Part shown: positions 8,465 to 16,505 of the stretch, piece after piece
Layout of the letters: every line of letters starts with the position of its first letter
Numbering within the stretch: the stretch's first letter is position 1
IMG/VR virus record: IMGVR_UViG_3300010361_000037
Coordinates: 1-25,143 of that record
Strand: one strand, 5' to 3'
From: a virus
Taxonomy: Duplodnaviria > Caudoviricetes
Length of the DNA: 25,143 nt
The notes under the pieces: generated by a model
The model's input: only the letters and a program-made list of their open reading frames with translations
The model's database searches: none
Told to the model about the DNA's origin: nothing
Position numbers and translations under genes: made by a program

Positions 8465-10203
8465 TGGACGTGTTCCTCTTTTCCGTCTTTGCGGTTGGGG
8501 TTGAGGGTCTGGGTGTTGGCGTAGGTGCCATGGTCGGTCCTGACCACATGGCCCGAATCGCAGAGCGCATTCAGCAGACGGTGGGTGCCAGAGATCGCCT
8601 TGCGCAGCTGCTGCGCGATCTTGCTGACCTTCATCGGGCCCTGGTCGCGCAGCAGCTCCAGGATGTCTTTGCGCGCCTCGCTCTGCGTGATCTCGTCGCC
8701 TTCGCCGGTAATAGTCCAGGCGGCGTCCTGGATGCGTTTGAGGCCGAAGACGTTGTCGGCCACTTCGCGTCCGGTCACCGAAAGCATGGCTTCCCCTTCG
8801 GGGGTGCGCTTGAGCACCCAGACCGCGTCCGCCGCCGCCGTGGTGCCGCTGGTGCCCTGGATGCTGTCGAGGAACTCTCCGGCGGCCTTGCGGGTGTGGG
8901 CCACCAGCACCAGTGCGAGCGAGTGCTTCTCGCCCAGCTCGCGCAGCGTAGTGACGATGTTGTAGTCGGCCTGCATGGCGTCCAGGTTGGCGCGCTTGGC
9001 CTGCTTGACGATGGCTAGCAAACTGTCGATGATCAGCACATCCACCGGGCGCGCGGCCAGTTCACTGTCGAGCGTGACCGCCCCGCCCGCCATCAGCGGG
9101 CCCAATTCGAACAGGAAGCGCAGCTTGACCAGCTTGCGTTTGTCCTGGGCCAGGCGGCGCAGGCGGTAGCGGATCTGCCGCTCCCTGTCCTCGAGCGAGA
9201 CGTAGAGCACGCGGCAGGTTTTTTTGGCCTCCAGATACTGGGCCAGCTTTTCCTGGTTGGCCACCGCGATCGCCAGCTGCAGGGCGAGCCAGCTCTTGCC
9301 TACCTTGGGACGCCCGCCCAGAATGGTCAGCCCCGGGTAGAGAATGGGTTCGACGATCGGCTCCGGGTCCGGGTAGTCGGCATCATAGATGGCGGTCGCC
9401 TCCTTGGTCTCGGGCGGCTTGGCTTTGGGCGCGGGGCGCGGAGCGGCCGCATAGCGCCGGCTGATATCGGCGGCCAGCTTTTCGATGTGGGCGCGCGGGC
9501 CCGGCTCCTCGCACCGCTTCTCGTTGACCTCCCACAATGCCGCCAGGATCTCGGCTTCACTGCAGCCCTTATTCCGCATGGCGCAGCCCATCTTGAACAG
9601 GGTGGAATGCTGTTTGCCCTTGGGGATGCGCGCGGGCAGGTTGAAGGGCTCGCCCGAGTGGTGGTTGGCCACCGCCCTTAGCTCGACCATCAGCCAGGGA
9701 TTGGCGGGGCTGATGGTTTCCTCCAGGATCGAGCGCCGGGCGGTGTCCCAGACATACGGCTTGCCCGAGGGATGAATCGAGGGCGGCAGGAGCACGTAGC
9801 CACCCTCGCCCTTGATGTCGATCCCCGGCCACACCCCGGTGTGGCAGCCGATTTTGCCCTCCCGGGGCAGCGCCCAGAAATACTGCTTGCCGCCGCCCCC
9901 GGTCATCTGCTGGATGGTGTCGGTGAGCGCGGTGTGGCGTACGACCAGCGCCTCTAGCGACTCATCCCCGCCGTGGCGCGGGTCGATGTCCAGCACCCAG
10001 AACTTCACCCCGGTCGGCACCCCGATGTTGGCGTTGGGATGCTTCCCCCACCACTCGCGGATGATCTGTTCGTCTATGGTGGCGTCTTTGTGCCCGTGCG
10101 CAGAAAGCGGGTTCTTGGCGCGCGGATGAATCGGGAAGACCGGCCAGCCGAGGCGGGCGGCGTAAGCGAGAGCGGCACGGAGCAGGGGATTGCGTTCTTT
10201 CAT
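8461..10203 (-). CDS. Bifunctional primase-polymerase (Prim-Pol) fused to an AAA_25/RepA-type helicase with C-terminal HTH
   Basis: GWPVFP, NANIGVPTG, VLDIDPRHGG, GIDIKGEGGYVLLPPSIH; Walker A GRPKVGKS; VLYVSLED; Walker B VLIIDSL; LVAHTRK. Confidence 0.92.
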   Translation of the reverse strand: MKERNPLLRAALAYAARLGWPVFPIHPRAKNPLSAHGHKDATIDEQIIREWWGKHPNANIGVPTGVKFWVLDIDPRHGGDESLEALVVRHTALTDTIQQMTGGGGKQYFWALPREGKIGCHTGVWPGIDIKGEGGYVLLPPSIHPSGKPYVWDTARRSILEETISPANPWLMVELRAVANHHSGEPFNLPARIPKGKQHSTLFKMGCAMRNKGCSEAEILAALWEVNEKRCEEPGPRAHIEKLAADISRRYAAAPRPAPKAKPPETKEATAIYDADYPDPEPIVEPILYPGLTILGGRPKVGKSWLALQLAIAVANQEKLAQYLEAKKTCRVLYVSLEDRERQIRYRLRRLAQDKRKLVKLRFLFELGPLMAGGAVTLDSELAARPVDVLIIDSLLAIVKQAKRANLDAMQADYNIVTTLRELGEKHSLALVLVAHTRKAAGEFLDSIQGTSGTTAAADAVWVLKRTPEGEAMLSVTGREVADNVFGLKRIQDAAWTITGEGDEITQSEARKDILELLRDQGPMKVSKIAQQLRKAISGTHRLLNALCDSGHVVRTDHGTYANTQTLNPNRKDGKEEHVQ

Positions 10204-10278
10204 CGGGCTTGCCTGGGGGAGGTGCGCGGCGTCTATGGATGGCGGCGTCTATGGGCGCTGCAGAAAGCGGGGCCATGG

Positions 10279-10650
10279 CTAGGGCTCCTCGTAATCGCGC
10301 AGCCACTCTAGCAACGCTTCCACGCGATCCACCAGGGCGGTTTCCAGGCTCCAGTAATGCTTGAGCGAGCGGATCTTTTCCTGCTGCACGTCGCTCGCTT
10401 TTTTCCCGGGGGCTTTGACTTCCAGAAAGAACGCCGGGATGACGTAGTCCGGTATGCCCGGTTCGCCTACCCGGATGCGGGGCGCGCTGCTGCGGCAGGC
10501 TTCGCAGAGCTTGTCCGGATTGGGGAACAGCCCCGATTGCAGCCGGATCGGATAGTAATGCTTGTACTGGAGCAGCTGAATGCAGGCCTTCTCCACGTCG
10601 TTCTCGCTGAGCTGGATGGCCCCGTCGGGGCGCAGGCGGAAGCGTGCCAT
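10279..10650 (-). CDS. VRR-NUC-family nuclease (Holliday junction resolvase-like)
   Basis: SENDVEK...GEPGIPD...FLEVKAPGKKASDVQ. Confidence 0.85.
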   Translation of the reverse strand: MARFRLRPDGAIQLSENDVEKACIQLLQYKHYYPIRLQSGLFPNPDKLCEACRSSAPRIRVGEPGIPDYVIPAFFLEVKAPGKKASDVQQEKIRSLKHYWSLETALVDRVEALLEWLRDYEEP

Positions 10651-10678
10651 TACCAGTCCTCCTCCGGGTCGAGTGGGT

Positions 10679-10924
10679 TTACTCGCCAGGCGGCATTCTT
10701 TCGTTCCGCACCTCGCGCTGATTTATTTTGATCAGCTCCCCATCGTCTGTCCGGCACAGCAGCTGTCCCAAACCAAGCCGGCGCACTAGCGTGAGCCGCG
10801 TACCTTCCTTCAACCGGCGGCCGCCGATCACGATTACCCTGTGGCCGGCCTCCATGACCGGACTCGCACGCAGCCTGGCCTCCAGGCTGTTGATTACGCC
10901 GCTTCGCAGGCCTCGAAATTTCAT
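10679..10924 (-). CDS. Hypothetical protein (81 aa), possibly an SH3-like barrel
   Basis: GGAGG SD before ATG; protein-like composition; nested inside the alternative-frame ORF 10650-10958. Confidence 0.55.
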   Translation of the reverse strand: MKFRGLRSGVINSLEARLRASPVMEAGHRVIVIGGRRLKEGTRLTLVRRLGLGQLLCRTDDGELIKINQREVRNERMPPGE

Positions 10925-10957
10925 TCGTCGTCCTCCCCGGACACAGGTTTCGGTCCA

Positions 10958-11203
10958 TTAGGGCTCCTCGAGCGCGCGCAAAAACGCGCAGTAGGCCTCG
11001 CGATCGTGCCTGCCGAGGCGCTCGAGCGAGATGCCCAGGTGTTCGCAGTGCGTGATCAGGGCGGCCAGTTTGCCCGCGACTTCGGCCGCATAGGCGGAAG
11101 CGGGATGCTCCCCGACCAGGTGCGCCACGTAGCGGTCGCGCAGCCCGCGCGCCAGAGCCCCCCAGACGTGGAACGGGTTGGCCAGCGTGGTCATGTCTGT
11201 CAT
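10958..11203 (-). CDS. Hypothetical protein (81 aa)
   Basis: GGAGG SD and TAATG overlap with the upstream gene set the start at 11203. Confidence 0.7.
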   Translation of the reverse strand: MTDMTTLANPFHVWGALARGLRDRYVAHLVGEHPASAYAAEVAGKLAALITHCEHLGISLERLGRHDREAYCAFLRALEEP

Positions 11204-11577
11204 TACGCCACCTCCAGCTCCTTGCGCAGCTCCTCCAGCACTCCCCGGCAGCCCGGGCAGAGCTGTTCGCGCAGGCCGTCGTCCAGGCGCTGGTACTTCT
11301 TGAACCACTGCCGGGGGACCTTCTCCCCGCAGAAGGCGTGCGTCGGCTCGCCCGCCAGGCGGATGTGGAAGCGCTTGGCGCCCGCCGGATAAGTCAGGGT
11401 CAGCTCCCCCCGGCCCTTAAACACCTCGGGCAGGTATGCCTTCTGGCTCTCCAGATACACGGCCTGCGACTTTCTTTCCATGCATACCGGGCAGATGAGC
11501 GCGGTAATATAGCGGGTCTTGCCCTTCTCCCTGCGCGGCGCCCGGTCCAGGTCGGTCTTGCAGACGGGACAGATCAT
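11203..11577 (-). CDS. Zn-finger protein (124 aa)
   Basis: CPVC...CPVC plus H...HAFCG...CPGC; coupled at both ends. Confidence 0.75.
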   Translation of the reverse strand: MICPVCKTDLDRAPRREKGKTRYITALICPVCMERKSQAVYLESQKAYLPEVFKGRGELTLTYPAGAKRFHIRLAGEPTHAFCGEKVPRQWFKKYQRLDDGLREQLCPGCRGVLEELRKELEVA

Positions 11578-11861
11578 GGCTTCCTTCCGGCTTTGGCGAT
11601 TGTTTTGGGTTTGGCGGCGTTCTGGTGTTCCGCTGTCATGAGACGGATCAGCTTGTCGAACGAGCGGTTGATCAGGTTCTCGTAGTCGCGCAGGAGTACG
11701 CGGTCCTCCTCGGCGACCTTCACGTAATGGGCGTGCGCACTGGCCAGTTCCGCGACCGCGTTGAAAGAGCGCGTGGCCGCTTCCGCCGCGCGGGTTTGGG
11801 CTTCGGCGAGCTGCAACAGCGCCTGCTTGATGTTGTAGCCTGGATCGAGCTGGGGACTCAT
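11574..11861 (-). CDS. Helical hypothetical protein (95 aa)
   Basis: GGAGG SD; ATGA overlaps at both ends. Confidence 0.7.
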   Translation of the reverse strand: MSPQLDPGYNIKQALLQLAEAQTRAAEAATRSFNAVAELASAHAHYVKVAEEDRVLLRDYENLINRSFDKLIRLMTAEHQNAAKPKTIAKAGRKP

Positions 11862-12094
11862 GGCTTCGCCTCCCGGCACTGGTGTCCGTTGCGCTTCACC
11901 CAGCGGCCGCACGGCTTGCAGTAGAATCGGCACGAAGGGCAGGGCACGGCTACGTCGTAGCGCTCTTCATCAATCGTTTCGGGTACCACGCCCAGCCCGC
12001 CGCAGCGGACGCACACGCCGCGCGGAGCGTTGGCGGGCGGGTCGAAAAAATTCCGCCCCCAATGCTTCCCTCCCCACTCCACAAAACGGCTCAT
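11858..12094 (-). CDS. Zn-finger protein (78 aa)
   Basis: CVRCGGLG...CPSC...CKPC...HQC; GGAGGT SD. Confidence 0.75.
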   Translation of the reverse strand: MSRFVEWGGKHWGRNFFDPPANAPRGVCVRCGGLGVVPETIDEERYDVAVPCPSCRFYCKPCGRWVKRNGHQCREAKP

Positions 12095-13545
12095 GGCGCC
12101 ACCTCCGCAAAATGGGGAAATTGGGGAAATGCGGCGGAATCCGAGTAACTAAAAATGCCTTTGTGAACTTCTGTAACTCTATAACTTATTTGCTGCGAGT
12201 AAGTTCCACGATTCCACGTCGCGCTCTTCATATCCCTTTGTTTGCCATAATTTGCAGAAAAAATTCCGGAAATTTGGGGAAATTGGGGAAACGGTGCTAA
12301 AATGCCGAGATGCCGAACACACTCACCCTGCTGCGCCGTCACCGGCCCGCCTGCCAAGCCGGGCGCCCCGCCGACTCCTACTCCACCGAAGCCGAGGAAC
12401 GCCGCCATAATTTCGCCAAATGCCGCTGCAAGATCTACGCCCACGGCACCTTGAGCGGGGTCTTCAAGAAATTCGCGACCGGGGCCCGCGACTGGGACCG
12501 CGCCCGCGAAGCCGTCGCCCCCTATCTTCAGGCCGGACGCTGGGACCTCCCCGGGGACCCGCCTCCACCTCCGGCTCCGGCTCCCGCTCCCGCCGCCAGC
12601 GGGCTGGCCATCGCCGATGCCGTCCAGGCCTCGCTGGCAGCTCACGCCGCCGAGGGGGACGCGCCTAACACGGTCAAGAAATACACCGAGGTCCTGGGCC
12701 AGTTCGCCCGTTTCAGCCAGTCGCTCGGCCTGCGCTACCTCCACGAGTGGGATCGGTCGCATGTGCGCCAGCTGATGGCGGACTGGAGAAAACAGGGTAA
12801 CTGCCCGCTCACCGTCACTAAGAAGCTGGGGCTCTTGAAGCCCTTCTTCGAGCCCTATCTGGAGGACGGAATTCTGCTCGAGAACCCGGCCCGCATCCGC
12901 ACCCGCACCAACCGCGCCTCCCGCCTCAAGCAGGCCACCACCCGGCAGGTCAATCCCTTTACCGACGAGGAACTGGCTCGCATGTTCGCCGCCTGCGCCG
13001 CTCTCTCCAGAGGGCAGGTAGTCAGCATCAACCGGCTCCAGAGGGGCGAGGACCTGGCCGACTTCATCCACATCTCCTGCGCGACCGGCCTGCGCATCTC
13101 TGACGTGGCCACCTTCGACATCGCCCGCCTCACCTCTCAGGGCGAGGTCAACCTGCGCGCCACCAAGAACGGCAACTGGGTTAGCGTCTGGATTCCGGAG
13201 TGGCTGCGCGAGCGCATACGCACCCGCGCCGCGCGCGTCGGGCGGCTGATCTTCGGCACCCACTCGACCACCGACCTCAACGTCATCACCGCCTGCTGGC
13301 GCTACAAGCTGAACCGGCTCTGGGCCAAGTGCGGCCCCTGGGAGGAAAAGCCTACGCCGCATCGCTTCCGCCATACCTTCGTGCGCATCCTGCTCGAGCG
13401 CGGGGTGGCGCCGTCCGTGATCGCAGATTTGGCCGGGGATACCGAGCAGATGATCCGCAAACATTATTCCGCCTGGATGCCCGGGCGGCAAGAGCAGACC
13501 AGCCGCATGCTCGAAGAGGCCTTCCGCCATGTGCCGCGCTTCCAT
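12091..13545 (-). CDS. Antisense ORF (484 aa) spanning integrase and attP; translation unproven
   Basis: TAATG overlap with the xis-like stop and ATGA overlap with the next gene; no recognisable domain. Confidence 0.3.
   Translation of the reverse strand: MEARHMAEGLFEHAAGLLLPPGHPGGIMFADHLLGIPGQICDHGRRHPALEQDAHEGMAEAMRRRLFLPGAALGPEPVQLVAPAGGDDVEVGGRVGAEDQPPDARGAGAYALAQPLRNPDANPVAVLGGAQVDLALRGEAGDVEGGHVRDAQAGRAGDVDEVGQVLAPLEPVDADYLPSGESGAGGEHASQFLVGKGIDLPGGGLLEAGGAVGAGADAGRVLEQNSVLQIGLEEGLQEPQLLSDGERAVTLFSPVRHQLAHMRPIPLVEVAQAERLAETGELAQDLGVFLDRVRRVPLGGVSCQRGLDGIGDGQPAGGGSGSRSRRWRRVPGEVPASGLKIGGDGFAGAVPVAGPGREFLEDPAQGAVGVDLAAAFGEIMAAFLGFGGVGVGGAPGLAGGPVTAQQGECVRHLGILAPFPQFPQISGIFSANYGKQRDMKSATWNRGTYSQQISYRVTEVHKGIFSYSDSAAFPQFPHFAEVAP
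12113..12291. other. Candidate attP: arm-type repeats flanking a core-type inverted repeat
   Basis: TGGGGAAA at 12113, 12122, 12275, 12284; AACTTA-N11-TAAGTT at 12183-12205; AT-rich; directly upstream of the integrase. Confidence 0.7.
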
Positions 13546-13554
13546 TACTCGTGA
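12310..13554 (+). CDS. int: Tyrosine recombinase/integrase
   Basis: TGLRISD (Arg), RATKNG (Lys), HRFRH (HxxR), LAGDT..MIRKHY (Tyr); core-binding region NTVKKY; N-terminal Cys/His arm domain with Pro/Ala linker. Confidence 0.95.
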   Translation: MPNTLTLLRRHRPACQAGRPADSYSTEAEERRHNFAKCRCKIYAHGTLSGVFKKFATGARDWDRAREAVAPYLQAGRWDLPGDPPPPPAPAPAPAASGLAIADAVQASLAAHAAEGDAPNTVKKYTEVLGQFARFSQSLGLRYLHEWDRSHVRQLMADWRKQGNCPLTVTKKLGLLKPFFEPYLEDGILLENPARIRTRTNRASRLKQATTRQVNPFTDEELARMFAACAALSRGQVVSINRLQRGEDLADFIHISCATGLRISDVATFDIARLTSQGEVNLRATKNGNWVSVWIPEWLRERIRTRAARVGRLIFGTHSTTDLNVITACWRYKLNRLWAKCGPWEEKPTPHRFRHTFVRILLERGVAPSVIADLAGDTEQMIRKHYSAWMPGRQEQTSRMLEEAFRHVPRFHYS

Positions 13555-13811
13555 CTCCAGGGGTTGGCGGAGCGGCGCATAACCCGCTCCCAGACCGAGC
13601 GCGGCACGCGGATGATCGGCCGGTGGCTGCCCGGGGTGCGCACCAGCTCCACTCCGGGCTCGCTGCGGAAGAGGCGCCGCGCCGTGCCCCGGCTGCAGCG
13701 CATGAGACGCGCGCAGTCGTTGAGCGTAAGGAACTCCTCATCCCACTTTTCCTGGTGGCGCAGCTGCAGCTCCAGCTGGCGAGAGCTGCGTTCCTCCGGG
13801 GTGCGCAGCAT
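13545..13811 (-). CDS. Excisionase-like winged HTH protein
   Basis: FLTLNDCARLMRCSRGTARRLF...IIRVPRS; convergent with and overlapping the integrase. Confidence 0.75.
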   Translation of the reverse strand: MLRTPEERSSRQLELQLRHQEKWDEEFLTLNDCARLMRCSRGTARRLFRSEPGVELVRTPGSHRPIIRVPRSVWERVMRRSANPWSHE

Positions 13812-13812
13812 T

Positions 13813-13980
13813 TCAGGGCCTCACCAGGGTGGAGATCAGCCACAGAAACAGCCCGGCCGCGATCAGAGAGGCACGCCTCGGCTGCGGCCCGGGCGTGATC
13901 ACGGGGCCGGTCACCTCGAGCGCAGCCAGCAGAAAGCAGACTAGAGCCAGAATGGCTAACACCAGATGCGCGCTAATCAT
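13813..13980 (-). CDS. Two-TM membrane mini-protein (55 aa, absent from ORF track)
   Basis: MISAHLVLAILALVCFLLAALEVTGPVITPGPQPRRASLIAAGLFLWLISTLVRP; AAGGAGG SD; ATGA overlap. Confidence 0.75.
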   Translation of the reverse strand: MISAHLVLAILALVCFLLAALEVTGPVITPGPQPRRASLIAAGLFLWLISTLVRP

Positions 13981-14861
13981 GCACCCTCCTTCGGCTTTTC
14001 GCCGCCGGCGGCGGCGGACTCCCGCTGGGCGCGCCGCGCCGCCAGCCGCTCCTTGATCACTCTCATCCTTCCGCCTCTCTTCTCCTCGTCTTCCTCGCTC
14101 GGAATGGCGAAGGCCTCCTCCACCGTCAGTTCCTTGTCCTTGATCGCCGTGCCCAGGCCGATCAACAGCGAGAGATCTTCCAGGTTCACGCTCTCCACGG
14201 CTTCTTTGTCCAGCACGCCCAGGATGCGCTCCTTGTCCACCCCCATCGAGTAGAAGCGCTTGAAAATCTTGTCGCGCTTGGTGGCCAGCGTGCTGACATT
14301 GCCGGTGACCACCTGCTTAATCTCCTCGTAGACCGGCTTGATCAGGGCGAACGGCACCACCTGGAAGACCGCGTTGCGCTTGGCGATACTGCAGCAGGCG
14401 GCGGCGGTCACCAGCTGCATATCCTCGCTATAGGGCGAGCCATCTTTGTGGGTGATGCGGCGTGAGACCTCGGCGAACATGGACACGTTGTTTTGCAGAT
14501 CGACGCAGATGCCGTGCGCGGTGACTTTCTTGCCGTCGTTGTCGACCGTGCGCGCTCCCGCGCGCAGGTTCTGCCAGCGCACCGTCAGGATCTCCGCCAG
14601 GCGGATACTGGGGCCCTGGATCAGCTTATCCTTTCCGGTCTCCCGGTCGCGGCGCTTGAGCGTGTAGATGCATGACTCCGCCGTCTCCTCGTCGACAATG
14701 GCGTCGTCCAGCATGCGCTGGCGGATCTTGCCGATCTCCGGCCGGGGATGGCTGTAAGCCCAGTCCATCATACTCTTGATCTGCGCGTGCTCCATGATTT
14801 CGAGCGCGGCGGGCGCGATCGGAACGAGCGGGTCCGGCACGGCCGGCAGTTCAGCTGGCAT
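13977..14861 (-). CDS. Putative ssDNA annealing protein (YqaJ partner)
   Basis: GPSIRLAE..W.NL motif family that I recall next to YqaJ genes; the function is inferred from gene context. Confidence 0.65.
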   Translation of the reverse strand: MPAELPAVPDPLVPIAPAALEIMEHAQIKSMMDWAYSHPRPEIGKIRQRMLDDAIVDEETAESCIYTLKRRDRETGKDKLIQGPSIRLAEILTVRWQNLRAGARTVDNDGKKVTAHGICVDLQNNVSMFAEVSRRITHKDGSPYSEDMQLVTAAACCSIAKRNAVFQVVPFALIKPVYEEIKQVVTGNVSTLATKRDKIFKRFYSMGVDKERILGVLDKEAVESVNLEDLSLLIGLGTAIKDKELTVEEAFAIPSEEDEEKRGGRMRVIKERLAARRAQRESAAAGGEKPKEGA

Positions 14862-15093
14862 GGTTCTTCTCCTCTTCGCGGGTATGTTGCTCGAGCTTAA
14901 GGGCTACGTATTCCAGGGCGCGCGCGAAGCCGCTCTCCTCGGCCCCGGCCACCCAGCCGAGCGTCTGGAAGGCCGCCCGGGCCTCGCGTTCGGCTTCCGG
15001 ATACCGGTGCCAGACGAACCAGCGCAGCTCCGCACAGCCAAAGCTGGCCCCCAGGATGGCGATCGCCTGCCGCACGTCGTCTTCGCTTCTCAT
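14851..15093 (-). CDS. Hypothetical protein (80 aa)
   Basis: ATGA overlap with the YqaJ stop; overlaps the next start. Confidence 0.7.
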   Translation of the reverse strand: MRSEDDVRQAIAILGASFGCAELRWFVWHRYPEAEREARAAFQTLGWVAGAEESGFARALEYVALKLEQHTREEEKNHAS

Positions 15094-16043
15094 GCCGCCT
15101 TCCCCTTGAGCAGCATGCGCCGGTAGCCCTCCACCACATGCGTGTACTCGGCGATCGATTGGGCCGCGTCCTTCTCGGACAAGGCGAGCAGCAGCTGCCT
15201 GGCCAGCTTCTGCCAGTCGGTCTCCTCCCGGTCCCTGGTCTTTCGCCAGGTCAGTTCGCCCTGCCCCCACTTCAGGCCCTCGGCGTCGCCGATGGCCAGC
15301 TGCAGGCGGTTCTCCAGTTCCTCTCGGCGGATCTCCCGCTCTTTGAGTTCGGCGCGCAGTACCGCATACTCGCCGACCAGCGCCATCTCCTCCGGCGTGG
15401 CCGGGCGCGATTTGGTTTTGGGGCGCGGAAAACGCTGCCGGAGAAAATCCCGCGAGCGCCGGCTGGCGCCGATCGGCGGCTCCACGTCGGCCAGCAGGTA
15501 TTTCCGGAAGAAGTCGTAGCCCTCTTCCAGCAGCCACTCCTCCAGCTCCGGGTTATGCTCGATGCGGTAGACGCGGAAATCATTGCCGCCGATCAGGACC
15601 GCGACATAGGCGGTCTTGAGCTGGGTGGTGCTCATCTGCCACTCGACCTGGACCCAGTAGTATTCGGGAATCCCGTCCTCGTTCTCCGCCTCCCGGTCCC
15701 ATTCGCTCGCCATGTGCAGGCCCGCAGTCTTACATTCGAGCAGCATCCTGGGCTCGCCCTGGATGAAGGCGTCGGGGCTACTGTACTGCCAGGCGCGCAG
15801 ATCGCTGTAGATGCGCCGGTTGAACCATTCGACCTCCATGCCCATCTTCATGCCGAAGACCTTGGCCACCACCGGCTCGAGCATCGTGCCCCAGAACATG
15901 GGTTCGGTCTGCTCGACCTGGATGAGACCTTTTTTGCGGTTCCACACCTGACAGGCGTCGCCGAAGGGCGAAATGCCCAGGACTTGGGCGATCTCGCTGG
16001 CCCCGATGGCGAGCGCCTCCACGGCTTCGCGTGCGCTAGTCAC
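15090..16043 (-). CDS. YqaJ-like viral recombinase / lambda-exonuclease family
   Basis: IGASEIAQVLGISPF, WGTMLEP, SSPD, LLECKT, YWVQVEWQM, AVLIGG. Confidence 0.92.
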   Translation of the reverse strand: MTSAREAVEALAIGASEIAQVLGISPFGDACQVWNRKKGLIQVEQTEPMFWGTMLEPVVAKVFGMKMGMEVEWFNRRIYSDLRAWQYSSPDAFIQGEPRMLLECKTAGLHMASEWDREAENEDGIPEYYWVQVEWQMSTTQLKTAYVAVLIGGNDFRVYRIEHNPELEEWLLEEGYDFFRKYLLADVEPPIGASRRSRDFLRQRFPRPKTKSRPATPEEMALVGEYAVLRAELKEREIRREELENRLQLAIGDAEGLKWGQGELTWRKTRDREETDWQKLARQLLLALSEKDAAQSIAEYTHVVEGYRRMLLKGKAA

Positions 16044-16094
16044 ACACCTCTCCCTGGGCCGATGCCCATTGCCTATTTCGGACCCGATTTACTT

Positions 16095-16337
16095 TTATTT
16101 CCTGGCGCTGCGCGGTGCTTCCTGGGTGGGATTGCGCAGCAGCTTCAGGAAGCTGCGGTGGTCGTGCTGGGCGTTGACGATGATGCGGGATAACAGCATT
16201 CCCATGCTGGGATCGCGTATTCCTTCCCGTTTGCCGAAGGCCTTCCGCGCTTCCTCCCAAAGATCTTTTTCTGGGTTTAACAGATATCCGCCGAAGCGCC
16301 TGTATGGCCTGTCCCCGTTTTCATGATTGCCGTGCAT
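16095..16337 (-). CDS. Hypothetical protein (80 aa), possible regulator heading the early operon
   Basis: GAGAGGGGGG SD before ATG 16337; lower GC. Confidence 0.55.
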   Translation of the reverse strand: MHGNHENGDRPYRRFGGYLLNPEKDLWEEARKAFGKREGIRDPSMGMLLSRIIVNAQHDHRSFLKLLRNPTQEAPRSARK

Positions 16338-16505
16338 GAAATAGATCCCCCCTCTCAATACCCCTAGCGGGAGAGATTTCACTTCTACGTCCCCGCCCGG
16401 CACCGTTCCGATCCCAGCATGGCGCCGCAACGGGTCCGGGCGAAAAAAGAACAGTAACCCCGTACACTTCCGAAGTCAAGCTAAATCGCCTGGAATCAGC
16501 TTCGT

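Noticed and set aside
12140-12260. tRNA or tmRNA fragment in the att core
   Set aside because: No T-loop GTTCRA or acceptor-stem end recognisable on either strand
16394-16448. Intrinsic terminator upstream of the early operon
   Set aside because: The CGCCCGG/CCGGGCG stem is real, but the T-run precedes it on the minus strand and an A-run follows it on the plus strand; more likely a leader structure
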